25,715 nucleotides of DNA from Gemmatimonadota bacterium (GCA_036679645.1 JAZDCY010000091.1:1-25715); one strand, 5' to 3'; positions 17,493-25,625 are shown, counted from the first letter of the stretch. Translations and numbers: made by a program. The notes: a model not told the origin generated them from the sequence alone.

Positions 17493-19939
17493 CCGCACTT
17501 GGTGTCGCGACACCGCTGCGCGCGCAGGAAGATACCGTGCTTGTCGAGGCGGTCTTTCGCGTTGATATCGATCACGGACCGTCGGAGATACTGCTGGCGA
17601 CCGCTGCCGACTCGCGCTTGCTCCTGCCGCTTCGCCGGCTCGTAAGGTTCGACACCGAGAACCTCACCCTCACCGTCGGCGACTCGGTGTTTCCGCTCGG
17701 TCGGTGGGACGCGGTGTGGCGGGACGGCGAGTTGTTCGTTTACACCGGCACGCTCATGCGCTCGCTCGGGGTCGAGGTAGGTGTCGATTGGGAAAATCTC
17801 ATTGCCGTCGTGGGACACACCGACGCTCTCCCGGTGGCGCGGCGCGCCCGCCGGGAGCGGCGACGTGCCTTGCTGTCGCGCCGTGCACCGCCGTTGCTGC
17901 GGTCGGTGACGGCACCCGTGGCGGATCGGGTCGCCGACGGCGCCGTGCTCGAATGGGCACTCAGTGGGGCGACCGACGCGCCCATCACCAACTCGACGGC
18001 GCAGATCGGGTTGGGTGGCAAGTTGTTTGGGGGTGGGCTCGAGGTCGAGTACGAGCGTCTTGGTTTTCAGGGTGGCTCGATCACGCGCACACGTGGATCG
18101 TGGCAGCGCGCGTGGCCCGAGCGGCGCTGGGTCCGCCAAGTGCGCATTGGCGACGTGCAGACGAGCGGTCTGCGGTCCCGCCAGGTCCGGGGTGCGGTGG
18201 TGACGAACCAACCGTTCATCCGCTCCTCCGCGTTCGACTTCGAGGAGATCGTCGGAGAGCTCCCGGAAGGATGGGAGATCGAACTGTACGACGCGTACGG
18301 GTTGCTCGATTTCGGCGAAGCGGATCCACTCGGCGAGTTTCGGGTTGCACTCCCGCTGCGCTACGGACAGAACCCCTTCGACATGGTGCTGTACGGACCG
18401 CAGGGTGAAGTCGTTCGTAGGCAACGCACAATCCGCGTCCCGTTCAGTCGGATTCCGGCCGGTGAATTGGAGTACGCCGTGGGCCTCGGTGCCTGTCGGG
18501 CGAGCGACTTGTGTGGGGGTCTCGTCTCCGCGGATGCCCGTTACGGGATCAACAATCACATCACCGCGCAGGCTGGTTGGGACGTGATCACGCGTGGTGG
18601 CGACGCGTCGGACGTCTTTCAGCCCTACGCTGCTGTGTCAGCCGCGGTGCTCCCGTCGGTGCGTCTGACCACGGAAGCCGTCCTGAACGGCCAGCTCCGG
18701 GGACAGGCGGATTTCGAGCCGTCGCCCGATCTGCGTGTTCAACTTGCCCAGACCTTTCTCGATACGGACGGTGCGCGGCTGACCGGCACCCCGCAAGATC
18801 GGCGGCGCACAGAAGGGTCCCTTCAGTGGATCACGACCGGTCGCGTTACTACCGTGTTGCAGGTATCGGCCAGCCGTGCATCGGGCGACGGGATCTCGCG
18901 CGCGGCGTACAGTGTCACGGGCACTGCCCGCTACGGCGGTCGGCGCTTTGCCCTGGGTCTCCGGCAGCTGCGTGTTACCCAGCCTTCTCTCTCGCTCAAG
19001 ACGACTAGCCTCGACCTGAACGGGGATTTCGTCATGCTCGGGGGACCACGGTGGCTGCGTACCGCGACGCTGGGTGGCGGTATCGGAGTGGACGCGGAGC
19101 GCGGTCTTTCCTCGCTGCGTGCGGCCATCGGCCGCGCGGTGGGTCGCATCGTGCGCGTCGATTTCGGGATCGGTTGGTTTCGCGACCGGGGCGGGTTCGC
19201 CATCCAACTCGGGCTCAGCTCGATGCTGCCGGGACCGCGATTCGGCAGCCAGAACACGTTCACCGCCGGCACGGGTGCAGAGGGCGTGCAGTACTTCGAC
19301 GGATCGGTGCTCTTCGATCCCAGCACGGGTCGGGCACGGTTGGGCGATGGGCGAGACGTCGGCCGGGCGGGGCTCTCAGGCCTGGTCTTCCTGGATATCG
19401 ATGGTGACGGTGAACGAGACAACGACGAGCCCGGGCTCGCGAACGTGCCGGTCCGGGTCGATGGGTGGACGTTGGAGACTGACAGCACGGGCCGCTTCTC
19501 GACGTGGGAGCTGTTCCCGTTCGAGACCTCGTTCATCACGGTAGATACGACCGGTCTAGACAATCCGTTTTATGTGGTGCCCAACCGGATCCTCGACGTC
19601 ACCCCAACGCCGAACAGCTTCGTGTCGGTGGAGATCCCGGTGGTTGTCGGCGCCGAGGTAAGCGGGGGTGTGCTGTACCGGGACAGGCCTCTGGTCGGTG
19701 TGCGGGTCGAATTGCGCGAACTCGAGACGGGGCAGGTCATCACGCTGACCACGTTCACCGACGGCGGGTTCTACGTTATGGGCGTGCCGCCCGGTAACTG
19801 GGTCGCATCCATTCCGCGAAGCGTGTTGCAGGGGATCGGCGCCCGCTCGGCGCCGGTGCGATTCACGGTGCCGGTCGGCCGTGAAGAGAAGATAGTCGAA
19901 GCACTCGTGCTCACTGTCGAGAACGGCAACGGGCGGTAG
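17459..19939 (+). CDS. usher-like outer-membrane protein with C-terminal SdrD-B / carboxypeptidase-regulatory-like domains
   Basis: Signal peptide; RIGDV, RG..VTN, LPEGWEIELY, LRYGQN...LYGPQGE, G.LEYAVG.G, RYGINN.IT; VFLDIDGDGERDNDEPGL; follows pilins and chaperone. Confidence 0.8.
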   Translation: MRALLASSLSLAALGVATPLRAQEDTVLVEAVFRVDIDHGPSEILLATAADSRLLLPLRRLVRFDTENLTLTVGDSVFPLGRWDAVWRDGELFVYTGTLMRSLGVEVGVDWENLIAVVGHTDALPVARRARRERRRALLSRRAPPLLRSVTAPVADRVADGAVLEWALSGATDAPITNSTAQIGLGGKLFGGGLEVEYERLGFQGGSITRTRGSWQRAWPERRWVRQVRIGDVQTSGLRSRQVRGAVVTNQPFIRSSAFDFEEIVGELPEGWEIELYDAYGLLDFGEADPLGEFRVALPLRYGQNPFDMVLYGPQGEVVRRQRTIRVPFSRIPAGELEYAVGLGACRASDLCGGLVSADARYGINNHITAQAGWDVITRGGDASDVFQPYAAVSAAVLPSVRLTTEAVLNGQLRGQADFEPSPDLRVQLAQTFLDTDGARLTGTPQDRRRTEGSLQWITTGRVTTVLQVSASRASGDGISRAAYSVTGTARYGGRRFALGLRQLRVTQPSLSLKTTSLDLNGDFVMLGGPRWLRTATLGGGIGVDAERGLSSLRAAIGRAVGRIVRVDFGIGWFRDRGGFAIQLGLSSMLPGPRFGSQNTFTAGTGAEGVQYFDGSVLFDPSTGRARLGDGRDVGRAGLSGLVFLDIDGDGERDNDEPGLANVPVRVDGWTLETDSTGRFSTWELFPFETSFITVDTTGLDNPFYVVPNRILDVTPTPNSFVSVEIPVVVGAEVSGGVLYRDRPLVGVRVELRELETGQVITLTTFTDGGFYVMGVPPGNWVASIPRSVLQGIGARSAPVRFTVPVGREEKIVEALVLTVENGNGR

Positions 19940-20069
19940 GCTAGCGCACGTTCCCGCTCCGTCCTTCCTGATGTAGCCCACACCTGACTCACTTCCGCGC
20001 GGCGTTCGATTGGCCCGCGCGTGCACGAAATTCGTCCCGTCTCTCCGTCAGCTCGCCGTACCGTAGGAC

Positions 20070-21620
20070 ATGCTCGCGCGCGTGCGCTCGGCCGCTGTGC
20101 TGGGGATCGACGCCTATCTGGTGGATGTCGAGACGGACATCAGCCAAGGACTCCCGTCATTCTCGACGGTGGGGTTGCCGCAGGGTGCGGTCAAAGAGGG
20201 TAGAGAGCGGGTCTTTGCAGCACTCTCCAACTCAGGCTATGACTTTCCCCTCAAGCGCATCACGGTGAACCTCGCTCCGGCTGACGTGCGGAAGAATGGA
20301 TCCGCGTTCGATCTGCCAATAGCGTTGGGAATTCTCGCTGCGACCGAACAGCTCAATGGCGGGAAGGCGGGAGGGCGAGAGGGCGGGAAGCTCCAGGATT
20401 ACGTCGTCGTAGGGGAGCTGGGGCTCGAAGGAGACCTGCGGCCGGTGCGGGGAACCCTTTCGGTTGCGCTCGCCGCGCAACGGGCCGGGTTGCGTGGCGT
20501 CATCGTGCCGCGGGCCAATACCGCCGAGGCGGGCGTGGTGCAAGGCATCGAGACGCTCGGTGCCGACCGGTTGGCGGAGGTGGTTGCGTTCCTTACCGGT
20601 GCCGGGTCGCTGGCGCCTACCTCCGTGGATCTGTTCTCTCTGTTCGGTGCACATCCCACGGACGCAGTCGACTTCTCGGAAGTGCGCGGTCAGGAGCACG
20701 CCAAGCGGGCGCTCGAGGTAGCGGCGGCGGGTGCGCACAACGTCCTCATGATCGGCCCGCCCGGCTCGGGGAAGACGATGCTCGCGCGGCGTCTCAGGAC
20801 AATCCTTCCCAAGATGACGCTCGAAGAAGCCCTCGAAACCACCAAGATCCACTCCGTCGCCGGGATCCTGCCGGTCGGCTCATCGCTCGTCACGCGCCGT
20901 CCGTTCCGCGCGCCACACCACACCATCAGCGACGCTGGGTTGATTGGGGGCGGATCGTATCCGCGCCCCGGCGAGGTGAGTCTGGCGCACGGGGGCGTGC
21001 TGTTCCTAGACGAGTTACCCGAGTTTCGCAAGAACGTGCTCGAGGTGCTGCGCCAGCCGCTGGAAGATGGATCGGTGACGATCGCGCGCGCATCCACTAC
21101 CCTGTGCTATCCTGCGCGCTTCATGTTGGCAGCCGCCATGAATCCCTGCCCGTGCGGCTACTATGGCGATCTCGCGCGCTCGTGCACGTGCGGTTCGCTC
21201 GGTGTGGAGCGGTATCTGGCCCGGATCTCCGGCCCGCTGTTGGATCGCATCGATATCCACCTCGAGGTTCCCGCCGTCCCGCACCGCGAGCTGTCGACCG
21301 AGCTGCATGGAGTGTCCAGTGAGGTCATTCGTGAACGCGTGAATCGCGCGCGGGCGCAACAGCTCGAGCGGTTTGCGGGGCATGGGGAGGTGTTTGCCAA
21401 CGCGCATATGGCGCCACGGGACCTGCGGCGATTTTGCGTTGTGTCGGCGCAGGCCGATGCTCTGTTGAAGACGGCGATTTCGCGATTGAACCTCTCGGCG
21501 CGGGCCTATCACCGCGTGCTGAAGATCGCGCGGACGGTTGCGGACCTGGATGGATCTGCCGGGATCGAGCCGGCCCATGTGAGCGAGGCAGTGCAGTACC
21601 GCAGCCTGGATCGGAGGTGA
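20070..21620 (+). CDS. comM: YifB/ComM Mg-chelatase-like AAA+ ATPase
   Basis: VGLP..AVKE.RERV, ITVNLAPAD, Walker A GPPGSGKT, PFRAPHHT, LFLDELPEF, AAMNPCPCG, SGPLLDRID, ARTVADL. Confidence 0.96.
   Translation: MLARVRSAAVLGIDAYLVDVETDISQGLPSFSTVGLPQGAVKEGRERVFAALSNSGYDFPLKRITVNLAPADVRKNGSAFDLPIALGILAATEQLNGGKAGGREGGKLQDYVVVGELGLEGDLRPVRGTLSVALAAQRAGLRGVIVPRANTAEAGVVQGIETLGADRLAEVVAFLTGAGSLAPTSVDLFSLFGAHPTDAVDFSEVRGQEHAKRALEVAAAGAHNVLMIGPPGSGKTMLARRLRTILPKMTLEEALETTKIHSVAGILPVGSSLVTRRPFRAPHHTISDAGLIGGGSYPRPGEVSLAHGGVLFLDELPEFRKNVLEVLRQPLEDGSVTIARASTTLCYPARFMLAAAMNPCPCGYYGDLARSCTCGSLGVERYLARISGPLLDRIDIHLEVPAVPHRELSTELHGVSSEVIRERVNRARAQQLERFAGHGEVFANAHMAPRDLRRFCVVSAQADALLKTAISRLNLSARAYHRVLKIARTVADLDGSAGIEPAHVSEAVQYRSLDRR
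21481..21620 (+). repeat. 140-bp direct repeat, copy 1 (3' end of comM)
   Basis: 134/140 identical to 24647-24786 by manual alignment. Confidence 0.95.
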
Positions 21621-21669
21621 CGGGGCACTGTGCCCAGTACGCGCTGACCCGGCCCGTCGACGGACGACC

Positions 21670-21740
21670 GATTTGCGACACGATAGGGACGATTTGCGAC
21701 ACGTCAGTGCGATTACGACGCGACGGTGTGATTTGCGACG
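21670..21740 (+). repeat. phased direct repeats GATTTGCGAC (x3) plus variant GATTACGAC
   Basis: Copies start at 21670, 21691, 21711 (variant) and 21730; spacing 21/20/19 bp. Confidence 0.8.
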
Positions 21741-21989
21741 TCCCCGGCGTGCGGTTGATTCCACTACCCTCCAAGTTGATCAACTGTTGATCGGTCGGTC
21801 CCCTCGCTTACCGGTCGTCGACCCGCCAGGCGTTACGCTCCCACCAAGCCGGGCTCAAGCCACCCCGGATTCCCATGCCGGTGTCAGAGGGTGTCTCTAG
21901 AACGCTCCTAGACCCGTAGACTGCCACGATCTCGGCTCGGGGTGGTGACGGGGCCCAGAATACGGGCGCAGAAGACGAATTCCGCCCAA

Positions 21990-22025
21990 ATGTCCCAAAA
22001 ACGCCTATCGATGTCCCAAAAACGC
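21990..22025 (+). repeat. 15-bp direct repeat ATGTCCCAAAAACGC x2
   Basis: Exact copies at 21990 and 22011, 21 bp apart. Confidence 0.85.
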
Positions 22026-22095
22026 AGTTGCGCAGCCAGCCAAGTCGGCTCATCCTTAGATATCATGCACTCCGGATTCGTGCCAGGAGGCTGGC

Positions 22096-22290
22096 ATGCC
22101 AGAGCGGGTAGGCAACATTGAGCTGTACATGGGACCCCAGCAGGTCGGGGGTCCCGACGACCTCCGCCAGGCCGTCGTGGACGTTATCGACGGGGCCAGG
22201 CGCCGGCTCGACATCTTCGTCCAGGAACTAGATTCGCGGGAGATCGCGGAGGCCATCATCCGCGCGCGGCAGCGGCGAAGTGGCCAGTGA
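22096..22290 (+). pseudogene. N-terminal fragment of a phospholipase D / Nuc-like protein
   Basis: AGGAGG RBS; IDGARRRLDIFVQELDSREIAEAIIRARQR matches PLD N-termini but stops before the V.VRV strand and the HKD motif. Confidence 0.7.
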
Positions 22291-22739
22291 TGAATGCAAT
22301 GCCTCCATGTCCCGCCCGAGTCGCGCTAATCGCGCTCCTCTCAGCCACGGCCTGCGCTAGCCAGGGACAAGTGCTGGAACCGACTGTTGAACTCCAGCCG
22401 GGTATCCTTGAGTTCTACGACCAGCCGGTGCAGATCACAACGCCGGATACCGTAGCAGTCGGCGCGCCCGCAACGATTGAAGTCAAGACCTACGGGGGCG
22501 GCTGTGTCAGCAAGGGCGAGACGCGAGTTACAGTGGAGGGACTGCTTGCGGTCGTAGAGCCTTTAGACTCAGTTATCACGCCTTCCCCCGAAGCGGCGTG
22601 CACGGACGAGTTGCGTTTCTTTAGCCACATTGTGACCGTCGAGTTTACGGAGCGTGGGACCGCAACGTTGCGAGTCCGCGGGCGCCGAATGCCAGCGGGC
22701 GAACTCCTAGAAGCCGATCGTATAATCGTTGTTCAGTAG
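22287..22739 (+). CDS. small lipoprotein with an Ig-like beta domain and a likely disulfide
   Basis: Lipobox-like LSATAC; PDTVAVG, TYGGGC ... ACTDEL. Confidence 0.7.
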   Translation: MMNAMPPCPARVALIALLSATACASQGQVLEPTVELQPGILEFYDQPVQITTPDTVAVGAPATIEVKTYGGGCVSKGETRVTVEGLLAVVEPLDSVITPSPEAACTDELRFFSHIVTVEFTERGTATLRVRGRRMPAGELLEADRIIVVQ

Positions 22740-22896
22740 TGCGGAGCGAACTGCCGTTTCGCACGGGCCCTGAGCGGTAGCGCGAGCGCTCGCCTGCAGC
22801 GTGCCGGTAGAGAGGGTCTCGTACCGGCTGGCGCGGCTTCGGCGCCTCCTAATCCGGCTCACACAGGAACTTCTTTGACGTCGGAGGGAGGACAGC

Positions 22897-24510
22897 ATGC
22901 GACTACCTCAGAGACTCTGGGCCATAGTCTCCATCGCGACCATAGCCGGCTGTCAGGGGGACGCCCCGACGGCCGGTACCAACCCAGATCTGACGTTGCT
23001 GCCCGTTGTACGGGTTGATGCGCAGCAACACAGAAATTTCGATGATAGGCTTGCCATGCTCGCCGAGGAGCTTCCGGGATTCGGCGGGCTGTTCTTCGAT
23101 TCGACCGGACAGCTAATCATTCGCCTCAAGGACCAAAGTCTCCTTGATTCGTTCAAGCCAAGGATTACCCAGTTTCTCACCCGAGACGCTGGGGGGAACG
23201 CCGCCTTCGTAGCTGAACGTATGGAACAGGTTGCTGCGGCGCGTGCACAAGAAGCTCAGTACGACTTCCGGCAACTTCATACGTGGTATCAGCAAGTTGT
23301 GGCTATCGCTGGGGGGGCTGAAGGGGTAACCATGGGCGACATCGACGAGGTTCGTAACCGCGTCGTCGTTGGCGTGGCGAATTCCAGCCGCATTGCGTCG
23401 ATGGAGGAGGCCGTTGCACGGCTCGGCATTCCCAGTGGCGTCGTCATCGTGGAGCAATTCGACCCCGTCGAGATTCACCAGTCCCAACAGTCCTTGAGAG
23501 ATCGCACACGGCCGGTCATCGCAGCGGTGGAGATCAGCTCTGGCCTGGGAATATGCACTCTTGGTTACAACGTTGCGCACTGGTTTAACGAGGAGTATCA
23601 GGAGGAGTATTTCGTAACGAACTCGCACTGTACTACGGTTTTCGGCCAGGTCACAGGCATGTCGATGGGTCAAGCGGTGTCGACCGACATCATTGGAACC
23701 GAAAGCGTCGATCCGCCACTGTTTACGAACTCCTCAGATCCTCGATGCCCTGCGGGCCGGCAATGCCGCTATTCTGATGCAGCCCTGTTTCTGTATAACG
23801 AAGCCTCGTTCAGCCACGGCATAGTCGCGTGGCCCGATGTCGGTAGCATCGATTACTCGAACATCCGGGTGATCACAGGGGGCGGAGATCCCATCGTGGG
23901 GATGACGGTTCATAAGGTTGGCCGGACGACAGGACACACCACCGGCGTAGTCAGCGAAACCTGCATCGACGTACCTCAGTTTTCCGGAGGTTTCGACACT
24001 GGACGAACGATGCTTTGCCAGGTTCGAGGAAACTATAACTCAGCGGGGGGCGACAGCGGCTCGCCCGTCGTGGACATCTTCCCCGACGGCACGCTTGTTA
24101 ACCGAGGGATACATTGGGGCAGTGGTGGGATCTTCAGCATGGGCAATGAATGGCTTCGTGAACTGCGCGAACCCCTCGGTGTAGGGCATGGTCTCTGCAC
24201 GACGGCGTCATGCTTACCACCACCTCCGCCGCCTCCGCCATCAATGACCGCTACTATCTCCGGACCGACCACAGTGCGACCAGGTGCGGTGTGTACTTGG
24301 TTGGCGAATGTTCAAGGGGGTTCTCCGCCATATGGATATGCGTGGTGGCGAGACGGGCAGCTTGTCTCCACGTCGAGCGAGTACGTAGGAGCTGCTGCTC
24401 CGATGTCTTTCTACCTACAATTGAATGTTTACGAGCAGCAGGGAACCCTGTCCGACACTGACGCGATGACAGTTGTGACGTCTTCCAAGGCGAATCCCTG
24501 TCTGGAGTGA
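22897..24510 (+). CDS. S1 (chymotrypsin-clan, alpha-lytic/streptogrisin-like) serine protease lipoprotein with pro-region and C-terminal Ig/PKD-like domain
   Basis: GGAGG RBS; lipobox IAGC; pro-domain IDEVRNRVVVGV; triad TNSHC, SDAA, GDSGSP; GRTTG.T.G; P8 linker. Confidence 0.88.
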   Translation: MRLPQRLWAIVSIATIAGCQGDAPTAGTNPDLTLLPVVRVDAQQHRNFDDRLAMLAEELPGFGGLFFDSTGQLIIRLKDQSLLDSFKPRITQFLTRDAGGNAAFVAERMEQVAAARAQEAQYDFRQLHTWYQQVVAIAGGAEGVTMGDIDEVRNRVVVGVANSSRIASMEEAVARLGIPSGVVIVEQFDPVEIHQSQQSLRDRTRPVIAAVEISSGLGICTLGYNVAHWFNEEYQEEYFVTNSHCTTVFGQVTGMSMGQAVSTDIIGTESVDPPLFTNSSDPRCPAGRQCRYSDAALFLYNEASFSHGIVAWPDVGSIDYSNIRVITGGGDPIVGMTVHKVGRTTGHTTGVVSETCIDVPQFSGGFDTGRTMLCQVRGNYNSAGGDSGSPVVDIFPDGTLVNRGIHWGSGGIFSMGNEWLRELREPLGVGHGLCTTASCLPPPPPPPPSMTATISGPTTVRPGAVCTWLANVQGGSPPYGYAWWRDGQLVSTSSEYVGAAAPMSFYLQLNVYEQQGTLSDTDAMTVVTSSKANPCLE

Positions 24511-24650
24511 CCAACTGGGGGGATGCGTCGAGAAAAGCGTTCGTGGTCAGGCGCACCGGATTCGTCCCGTCGGCGTTCATCACGTAGATCTCCATGTTGC
24601 CGTCGCGGCTCGTTTCAAACTCGATCGCGGTTCCGTCCGGCGACCACGCG
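24508..24650 (-). pseudogene. fragment of a TolB/PD40 repeat protein
   Basis: [44 protein letters not shown]; removing one base from the G6 run restores ...SPSWS. Confidence 0.8.
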
Positions 24651-24786
24651 ATTGAACCTCTCGGCGCGGGCCTATCACCGCGTGCTGAAGATCGCGCGGA
24701 CGGTCGCTGACTTAGACGGCTCTGCCGGGATCGAGCCGGCCCATGTGAGCGAGGCAGTGCAGTACCGCAGCCTGGATCGGAGGTGA
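24647..24786 (+). repeat. 140-bp direct repeat, copy 2 (orphan comM 3' end including the stop codon)
   Basis: Encodes [45 protein letters not shown], identical at protein level to the comM C-terminus. Confidence 0.95.
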
Positions 24787-24826
24787 TCTGAGCTGCCCAG
24801 CCTCCTAGTGAACCCACCCCGCCCAT

Positions 24827-24856
24827 CCTCTGAACCCCGGGCTGACGCCCGGGGTC
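24827..24856 (-). repeat. REP-like palindromic repeat, inverted relative to the downstream copies
   Basis: CCTCTGAACCCCGGGCTGACGCCCGGGGTC is the reverse complement of the downstream 30-mer with 1 mismatch. Confidence 0.9.
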
Positions 24857-24865
24857 TGGTCGAGG

Positions 24866-25261
24866 TTGGTCAGATTGAGTGATCATCGAGCTTACCTGCT
24901 GTATGTCCACATTACTTGGCACACCTGGAAGCGAATCGAATGTGTGCGGGCGAGTGTCGTGGGGGATATCGAGCAGGCGATTGAAACTGCCGCCCGACGG
25001 TCTGGCGTGCGGGTGTTACGGTGGGCGGCGCTTTCGGACCACGTCCATATACTCGCGAGCTTCCGGCCAAGCACACGATTGTCTGATTTCATCCGCCTGG
25101 CGAAGTGCGGTTCCTCCAAGAATGCTGGCAACCGGGTTCTTGGTGTGGTGAGGTGGGCCCGAGGGTACTTCGTCCGCTCTGTGAGCAGTTCGGAGCTGAG
25201 AGCGGTGACTCGGTACATAGCACGCCAGCACCTGAACCACCCCGACCGCATCCCGCGCTAG
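24866..25261 (+). CDS. tnpA: Y1 HUH transposase (IS200/IS605 TnpA / RAYT-like)
   Basis: LYVHITWHT, HUH motif DHVHIL, K..SS, WARGYFVRSVS, catalytic YIARQ; 131 aa; start codon uncertain. Confidence 0.9.
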   Translation: MVRLSDHRAYLLYVHITWHTWKRIECVRASVVGDIEQAIETAARRSGVRVLRWAALSDHVHILASFRPSTRLSDFIRLAKCGSSKNAGNRVLGVVRWARGYFVRSVSSSELRAVTRYIARQHLNHPDRIPR

Positions 25262-25279
25262 GGATTAATCCGCTCCCCC

Positions 25280-25576
25280 GACCCCGGGCGTCAGCCCGGG
25301 GTTCAGGGGTTGGGGGGGAGGTGCCTCCCAACTCGGTGTCAGCCCTGGTGGGATGCAGGAACTACTCCCGACCCCGGGCGTCAGCCCGGGGTTCAGGGGC
25401 TGTGGGGGGTGCCCCCCCAACTCGGTGTCAGCCCTGGTGCCGGATGCAGGAACTACTCCCGACCCCGGGCGTCAGCCCGGGGTTCAGGGGCTGGGTTGGG
25501 TGAGACACCTCACCTCCAGCACACCGGGACCCAAACCGCTGGACCAGACCCCGGGCGCCAGCCCGGGGTTTAGGGG
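25280..25576 (+). repeat. array of four 30-bp REP-like palindromes GACCCCGGGC-GTCA-GCCCGGGGTTCAGGGG
   Basis: Copies start at 25280, 25370, 25461 and 25547 (the last has 2 mismatches); period 90/91/86 bp; spacers 1 and 2 are near-identical. Confidence 0.92.
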
Positions 25577-25625
25577 GGGGAATCCCCATCTCGGGTCCCC
25601 CTGTGCCGGGGGAGTGTTGGAGCGG

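Noticed and set aside
20011..20025. sigma54 promoter TGGCCCGCGCGTGCA before comM
   Set aside because: GG-to-GC spacing is 9 nt, not the required 10
20070..21620. Magnesium chelatase / photosynthesis gene
   Set aside because: The Lon-like N-terminus and PCPCG motif define YifB/ComM; there are no bch genes nearby
24523..24786. 87-aa ORF as a real gene
   Set aside because: It is a chance fusion of antisense PD40 sequence with the duplicated comM tail
24254..24922. 222-aa minus-strand ORF as an intact TolB-like gene
   Set aside because: Only about 45 aa are PD40-like; the rest is antisense to the REP, the comM repeat and the protease
25280..25576. CRISPR array
   Set aside because: Spacers are 56-61 bp, spacers 1 and 2 are near-identical, there are no cas genes or AT-rich leader, and an inverted copy flanks a Y1 transposase; this fits REP-type repeats
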